Assembly (NCBI RefSeq): GCF_963853765.1
Contig: NC_088854.1
Span: forward strand, 17,112,001 to 17,176,000
Direction of reading: 5' to 3'
Length of the DNA: 64,000 nt
Source of the DNA: Magallana gigas
Taxonomy: Eukaryota
Each line of letters begins with the position of its first letter. The first letter of the stretch is position 1. The notes below the pieces were generated by a model that ran no database searches, was not told the origin of the DNA, and saw nothing but the letters and a program-made list of their open reading frames with translations. Below are positions 56,751 to 64,000 of this stretch, in pieces. A program made the translations under genes and the position numbers.

Positions 56751-57684
56751 TTCAATACATTCTGATTTTGTTAACAGTCTGTGCTTATCATAATACTAGT
56801 ATATACATTAACATTTTTTCACTTTTGAGAAATTTTCCTAATTTTCAGGGGAAATTATGAATTGTCCAATTTCATTTAAATACCAATTTATATTTGCATT
56901 GGTTGTTACATATTGTATCAAAATTAGGCCTTTCACTTTAGATCATAGGGCACAGTGAGTCGACATTAATATCGGTGTATATACCAATGATTAACCATTT
57001 AGAGTACCTAATGATGTACTCCTCTCATTAAATAGGGTAGGAGGTATAAAGTACTGATAGGAATCGACCTCCGCTTTAGTGTGGGGCTAACACAAAGAAT
57101 TACCGATAACCAACCCAGCGACACGATGTTTGCTTCTGTTCAAAGGCATCTGTAAGCTTGGATAAACAAATATAATAATTCTGGCCTCTTACTCTTACAT
57201 TATGAATCCCTCTAAATTATTCACATTGTTCTCAGCATGCTATATAGAAGAATTTTCCTGTTACTAAATTATCTTTTAAAACGATTGTTTTGTGTGGTAG
57301 TCAAAGAAACAAGTGAAAGAACTTTTTGAATGAAGTAATGAACGTTTTTTTTTTATCATTTAGAAATTCCCAAACTGTTCAATACACATACTTTGAATTT
57401 AACGGTAAATAAATCAAGAAATATAAAAGAAAATGGTTGATTGGACTTTCCAAAAAATATATATATATAACATGTTCAGAAATATACAGGATACCCACGG
57501 TAGGAATCATGTCCATGCGCATGATGACTCAAAGCAACATAACACAGCGAAAACTTCGTTTGATCCCTGTGTACAATGCACAAAGTTGATAAATCAGCTT
57601 GACCTGAAGGTATATTTCACCCCTTTAGAAGTTAATGAAAGCGAATTCGAGTGAACTATTTCAACAAAGAATGATAACTCTTGG

Positions 57685-57688
<4 letters not shown>

Positions 57689-57737
<49 letters not shown>
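57689..57737. repeat. (AG)n microsatellite
   Basis: About 20 perfect AG units followed by a degenerate tail. Confidence 0.98.
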
Positions 57738-60700
57738 TAATGGAATGCTTGTCATAGAAACTTTATACATGTATATTTGCATTAACATTAAATTCGTCTT
57801 GTGTGTCTTCTTTTCTGAACATACATTCTAAATAAGGTGGAATTTTCATATTTACAATCAGTACATCAATATCGCTAACGGAGTAGCAGGGTGCTTTCCG
57901 TTTTTAACGTGTTATATACAAGAATATTCATCAGGTTTATATTCGAGGTTGGGAAGCACAAGTGCTCATTGGTATTTTGTGTTTTAGCTGTTTATTCTAT
58001 ATTTATAATTTTGAAAAATACACGTCCACAACCTTGGCACTTTCTCTTATAAACCGAACACATTTGTTGTCTACAAAGTTGGCCAAATGTAGATAATTGA
58101 CCATTTTTATTTCCACGACAAAGTCTGTATAATGAAATAATTTAGTCGGAATTCTAAATTGAAGGTTGAAAATTGCCGTTATTCCAACTGAATATACATG
58201 TACCATGAAAGTCATTTCGTTTTCTATTATAAAAAAAGCATTAAAATTTCAGCGTGTCTTCCAAATGAATGTTATTGAGCGAGCACATAGAAGACTTTGA
58301 AAAGAGGAATTTTTCTGCAAAAATCATGAAGAATTGCTTTTTTCTCCAATCAAGTACTGAAACCCACGCATAACGCTGTAAAAGAAGGTCAGTGATATTT
58401 CATTTAGTGACTTAAGGTATCGATTTTGTCCTTTGTTTTTAAAGATTCTTAACAAATGGGGGAGACACTTAGCAGTTGATGTCAAGAAGTGCAAATAACG
58501 CCATCAGGACCAAAACATTCTCTGTATCGTCCACAATCATACACTAATGCTTTATACAGATCGATGGAGGTTTGGACCAGCAAATGCAATCACGTCAATG
58601 TTGTGTCAATCAATCAAATCATTATTGATTATCCTATGTGAAAAGAAGCGGGCAGCGCAGATGAGGCCAAGATCATAAAACTATATTAATCGTATGAAAT
58701 TAAGAAATTAGAATCCATTAAGCTTAAAGCTCGAAGTTTTCCGAAAAGATTTGCAAAAATTACATTGTGTGTACATTTGTTTGTGATCTATTGATCTGAA
58801 ATAAACAAGACAGTGGTGTAGAATTATTTTTACAATCGAGGATAATGCTTAAACAAATATATCTAATTCATTATTCAGGCGGTCTTCAAATGATGCAAAG
58901 GTGGCGGAGAATACAAAAGCTTGTTAGCTTTTCATCGTTACAGACAGTGAAGAATTGTGTGTTTTGGCAACAAAAAACAGGCACCTCCCCACTAGCTCGG
59001 GATATGACACCGGAAACTAAAGAGGAATAAGCTTTCATGTCAGAGTGCTCAGGAATCAGACATTTCTTGTCTGTCAACAATACGCGATCGATCTAAGATA
59101 AAGTCAATATGTAGCCAGTGTGCGATTAGTTTTTGTAACTGCAAACTGAAGGTGGTTTTTAATACTGTATCCATATTTTAGCGTCTTTGGTTTTATTGGT
59201 ATGTACAAAAAAATATATGTATTGATGTGATAAATAATTGTTAATTAAAATTTTAGTAAATCAATGACACGAGCTATAGTTTTTTTGATGCTAATGTGTC
59301 GCTTTTGTTCAACTTGATGTCATTAACATCCATTTATCGTGTTTATTGTTCGTTCAAAGTTCCTTTAACCTAAACACATGGTGCATGTCTGATAAGGATA
59401 ATGTAAAATACGACAAAGACTTGCCAGAAGTACAAAAATAAATATAATACTAAAAAGCGTCTGAATTTGAAAATGGTAAAAATAAAGATTATAATCAACA
59501 GACTAATCAGCCACCTTTGAATGTAAGATACATATGTACAATGTATATATATTTTTGAACTTGTTTTCATTCATGCGCGGTAGCTAGCAAAAAGAACCAC
59601 CCCACCCTAACCCAAAAAATGATAGATTATCAATTCCGATCTAAAATAAACTATAAGATTTCTTTTCAACTAGGGTTATTCCAACAATATAACTCTAGTA
59701 TACAAGATTTAAAAGGTATTTTGAAGCACTAATAAAAAGCTTACCGGGTTTATACGTGTTTAAAAGAAAATATGAAGTAAATTTTTGTGTTTTTGCAATT
59801 GTTGGTTCTACATGTATATATACATGTATATAGTTCTGTACTACGTATTACCGTAATTTTTACAGACCAAAAAAATATCTGTACTTTCCCGACTTTATTC
59901 ATAATTTTATCATCATTTTTTGTTTACATACCTACGTTTTACAAAAGAACTTATGACCAAATGAATGAATTCTAATTTATCACGAATAAATCATATATTT
60001 TTATATTTTAATGGCTGTAAAATATGATTATTGAAATTAAAATATTTGTAAATATATAGTTTTAAATAAATTTTGTTCTCTAAAGATTATTCCATGAAAC
60101 TGAAAATATTTAAGATTTTTAAGTTCTTTTGTATAACGCAACTCTTGCTTACATACCTTTACATACGTTTATGTTAAGAAGCAGTTGCTGTACTTTAGAT
60201 GCAAATATCTTGACCTTTATAAAGCGAAGTAACTCTTCTTTTTAAATATACATATTTAAAAGCACGGCATAATTGAAAACGTAGTGGATCCGACAGCATT
60301 TACGTGTTCTTCCTTAAGTTAATACATGATAAAATTTAAACGTTTACATAGCAGTGAAAAAAATTATCCATTGAAATAAGAAAACATAAATTTGCTTTTA
60401 GTGAACTTGAAAACAGAAACCTCTCGTAACGAAACTTATGCAGAGATCTTTTGAAATGGATATTTAAAATCTGTTTATCATACTATCACGTTACACCTAA
60501 ACTATTACTTTGTGGATGTAAAAAATAAGAGGAAGGGGGGTACAAATTCGAGGTACACAAATTTTAATCCCAACCACTTAACCACAATTTTAACTATAGT
60601 TACAGAGCTTGTCTTGTCGCGGAAAATATATCCCACAAGAAGCAATATATCGCTGTATGTGGAATACTCCCACTCCCACCCACCCCTAAAAAATCCCAAT

Positions 60701-61144
60701 AAATTAATATAAAAAGGGTAGAAACTATACAAAAAACAAAGGGCTTGTTTTGAGCATGCAACATTTTGATAGAATAGTTCGACAGCCCCCCCCCCCTCCT
60801 CCCCCACCCGAACTTTTTTTGTTGTTGGTTGCGTGAACGATTGGACACTAATTCTTTTGTATTAATACATCACATGAATATAATTTCGTAACTTTGAAAG
60901 ATCGCTAAATGATAGAAATAATATAAACCACGTATAAACTTACAGTAATCAAAATAGAATAAAGGGGCAGTTTTGGAATAATTTAATAATACAGCTGCGT
61001 CTTTCTCCTTTTAACTATGTTAAAATTAATTAATAACGCTGAGATCGGACAAGACAGACCTTTTTCCGATACAATCATTTTTTAAAAAGGTGTGACTCGA
61101 AACAGGACAACACAGTTTATAGATTAAGCCTTAAATTTACTCAC

Positions 61145-61179
61145 ATCGTGATTATTGCGTCAGTGTAGTCGTCAGACAT
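61145..61179 (-). CDS. inx: Candidate innexin alternative first exon MSDDYTDAIIT(M)
   Basis: 35 nt (11 codons + 2), donor AT|GTGAGT, GC-richer context, and TATATATAA on the minus strand near 61304-61312. Confidence 0.55.
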
Positions 61180-63172
61180 GGGTCAAACTTCTCCAATGAC
61201 ACCGCTGATATCCAAATTTTTAAATTCCGTCCGAACGTCAAAATAAACGTCCATCTGAAGCGTCTTCCTGTGGCCCCCATCATAGTTTTTACACCAGTCT
61301 AGTTATATATATAAATGAGTTTACAATGGTTCTATAATTTTCGACACAAGGTAATCATAAGTCTTGCGCTTTTCACACTCGCTTTCTGTATATAGGGTAT
61401 GGTATTGGGGGTTACGCCGAGAGATCTTGGCTGGTAGTTTGGTCTCTCTGTTATGGCTCCAACACGGGTACCATAAAAGCCGCCACAGGCTTGTGGGAAT
61501 GAATAAAACAATTACGCTCAAAATGAAACATTAATAACGCCTCATAAGTAATCAGGCCAGTTGCCTAGGTTCTTCTATATTATTTTGTATGTGCATGTAC
61601 ATGTCCATGTATGCCATATTTTCATTTATTTTCTTATATATGAAATTTTTAGATTTATGCGTATGATATAAATAAATGGGAAGTAGTATTGGATAAAACA
61701 TAACGCGAAAAATACGATTCATTGGGCTTTGGTTTTATATTGATGTACTATAGCATACTCAGCGCAGTATTTAACCTTTCATTGCATAGCCTTTCCTGAT
61801 GTTTGAAAGTTTATTTTGAAAAGGCGGGCCCTCCTAACTCCCAATAAGAATTATACAGACTGCTAGAATAAGTAGAGATGGACATATGCATATCAAGAGA
61901 CGACTCATATTCAGATTCATTATGATTAAAAATGTTTGAATTGCCACATATCTATTACACTCAGCTCTTTATGTGCATTCATAATAACCAATAGTTGTGT
62001 TCACAACTTCATAAATGCACTTGCTACCATGATTTCTTTAAAATGTTTAAACAAAAAAGATATTGAAGTACTTAACAAAATTATCCAGTAAACATGGGAT
62101 TATAAAATGCAACATTGCTCTAGTAACTACTATGCGCTATATTTTATAACACGTTATTATAGCGAAATACGCTATTGCATAATACATACACATGTAAAAC
62201 TATGATCACTGAAAAACTTAATTGTTTGTTGCTGTATTATTTACAACATTATGAATCCCCTACAGAAACTAAATCAAACTGTTTGTATACAGAACACCGC
62301 GTAATAGGGGATCTTTTAAATCTGATTGTACGGTACAGTTGACTAATATGATTCTATTGATTGATTTGATTACAAGTAATTACATTTGCGTGGCCTCGCG
62401 CCGCCTGTGACTGTCCCAATAGACGGCAATAAACTGATGCTTACATCACGGGACTATCATGGTTTTGTACTAAGCATAAACAAAACCTATAAATGGCCAG
62501 CTATATATTGATCAGATGGAATCATCAGAAATGTATTCTCTGTCACAATTTGATGATTTCTATATACTATCCAAACATTGAATTAGTTACATTATATAAT
62601 ACTATTTCTTTAAATTTTGAAAGTTTTTTTGGGGAGGGGGGTAATCACAATGAAAAGGTTTTATTCACAAGTTAAAGTGATAAAACGCACAATATTTATA
62701 TAACTACGTACAGCTCCACAGTTTTGATAACAAGTATTGAACTTATTTAACAATATAATGAATGTGAAATACATGTTTTTTAAAAACATGTAGCCATAAA
62801 CAATATCTAAAGACTACATTTGTGCCTTATTTCATAGACGTGTAATGCGCATTGAAAATTGATAATCCTACAATTAGCTCATGATATTATTAAATATTTA
62901 CATTCTACTGTGTTTTTCCATTAAATTCCGTGATGTTTAAATGTCTCTAAATGCAACAAGTAGTCAAAGGTCAAATTGACGAGTTTTATTATGACGTCAC
63001 AAACGTTGAACGCTGTAAACTGCAACGTCACAAGCGAAAATCAAAGTTCACGCTTGTGGCTGTTACTGTGGCTCTTCCATTAATAGTAACTTACCCTTAG
63101 GATAAAATAGGAATTTTAAGGTATGAATCACATTTGCAGACAAGGCAAGAAGTTAAAAAAATGTAAATATAA

Positions 63173-63327
63173 GCATTAAATCATGATTTTTTGAAGTATA
63201 CACTCTCATAACTGCAGCGGTGTGTGCATACAAATTTTCATAACGCGCTAACGCGCGTTACTCAATTTGTATGCACACACCGCTGCAGTTATGAGAGTGT
63301 ATACTTCAAAAAATCATGATTCAATGC
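63173..63327. mobile_element. 155-bp near-perfect palindrome (MITE-like)
   Basis: aatcatgattttttgaagtatacactctcataactgcagcggtgtgtgcatacaaatt and its exact reverse complement; centre taacgcgc-taac-gcgcgtta. Confidence 0.92.
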
Positions 63328-64000
63328 TATATTAAAGCGCTGTCTGCATCATATCAAATTGAAAAAGAGGAAAATGATGAATATTGATATGATAATTTGT
63401 TACAGTATGTGAAATTATCTCTTTTGGTGCCATTGTATGATTAAACTCAAGATTTGGTAAAACTTTTATTTATGAAAAATAAAGAATTTGTATGTCATCA
63501 CATACATGACTTTTGTTTGAACATATAATGTAATGAATGTATTATAATTTCATATACATTTTTTAAAATCATATGCATTCAAGGCATATCATTCTTCATG
63601 CAGTTATATATGCATATTCGATCACGTAAAATGTAAATATATCAAACACATTCTCCTTATCTCGTAATTTGAATTGCGTGTCACTGTTGGATATCGTCCA
63701 TCTTATACATGCATGTCCAATCCGATTTTACACTATGCCATGTGACGCATGTAGGAATGAGCTGCGCGCGCACAAGTACTTGTTGTTTTCTGTCATAGAT
63801 GGATTTTCTACAAAAGGGGGATAAGGTTGAAAGAAAACTTTTATTCTACATAGCTTTGTGAAAATATTTCATCACTAAAGCTTGGATAAAATCTTTTAGG
63901 TAAGTTTCATGTCATTTTAATGACAATAACATTGAAAATTTCTATATTTTGGTTAAACACGATGGTTTTGAAATGTTGCAACCCCCACTGTTTGGTACGA

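Noticed and set aside
57594-57788. ORF with SLSLSL repeats
   Set aside because: It is the translation of the (AG)n microsatellite.
55925-59745. Strong donors TG|GTAAGA (55930) and CG|GTAAGC (59745)
   Set aside because: Both have a phase-2 stop before any ATG; they could only be non-coding exons or chance.
63090-63099. Very strong donor AGG|GTAAGT
   Set aside because: There is an in-frame TAA immediately upstream in phase 2, and the site sits in repeat-like DNA.

Overview
This is AT-rich animal genomic DNA, probably a bivalve or other mollusc (inferred from the innexin type and repeat style, not verified). There are no prokaryotic features, tRNA/rRNA genes or CRISPR arrays. The only clearly recognisable gene is a minus-strand innexin (gap-junction/hemichannel subunit, unc-9-like). 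Its 400-aa body lies in one exon (7790..6587) that has no start codon of its own: it opens after a tgcAG acceptor with one leftover G, then LDSVLGSFATYARL..., so it needs an upstream exon ending in phase 2. Across the following ~55 kb I found many short ATG-initiated, stop-free segments that end at a GT donor in exactly phase 2. The clearest are MGGKSKSGG...HHHHHH...LPE (25237), MKCTFFGKK...EEM (14721), MHILS (38110), MVHSFHHHHG (54094), MVKMSNNHNKR (47055), MSDDYTDAIIT (61179), MY (27993), MI (55967) and MSLLKLHSRN... (16759). The main hypothesis is an array of alternative promoters and variable first exons that gives one innexin channel about 8-20 different N-termini directly in front of the pore-lining N-terminal helix. 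Some candidates are certainly chance matches; RNA data are needed to sort them. The remaining sequence is intronic DNA with palindromic MITE-like elements, a nested transposon carrying a 21-bp minisatellite, an inverted repeat pair, tandem duplications and microsatellites.
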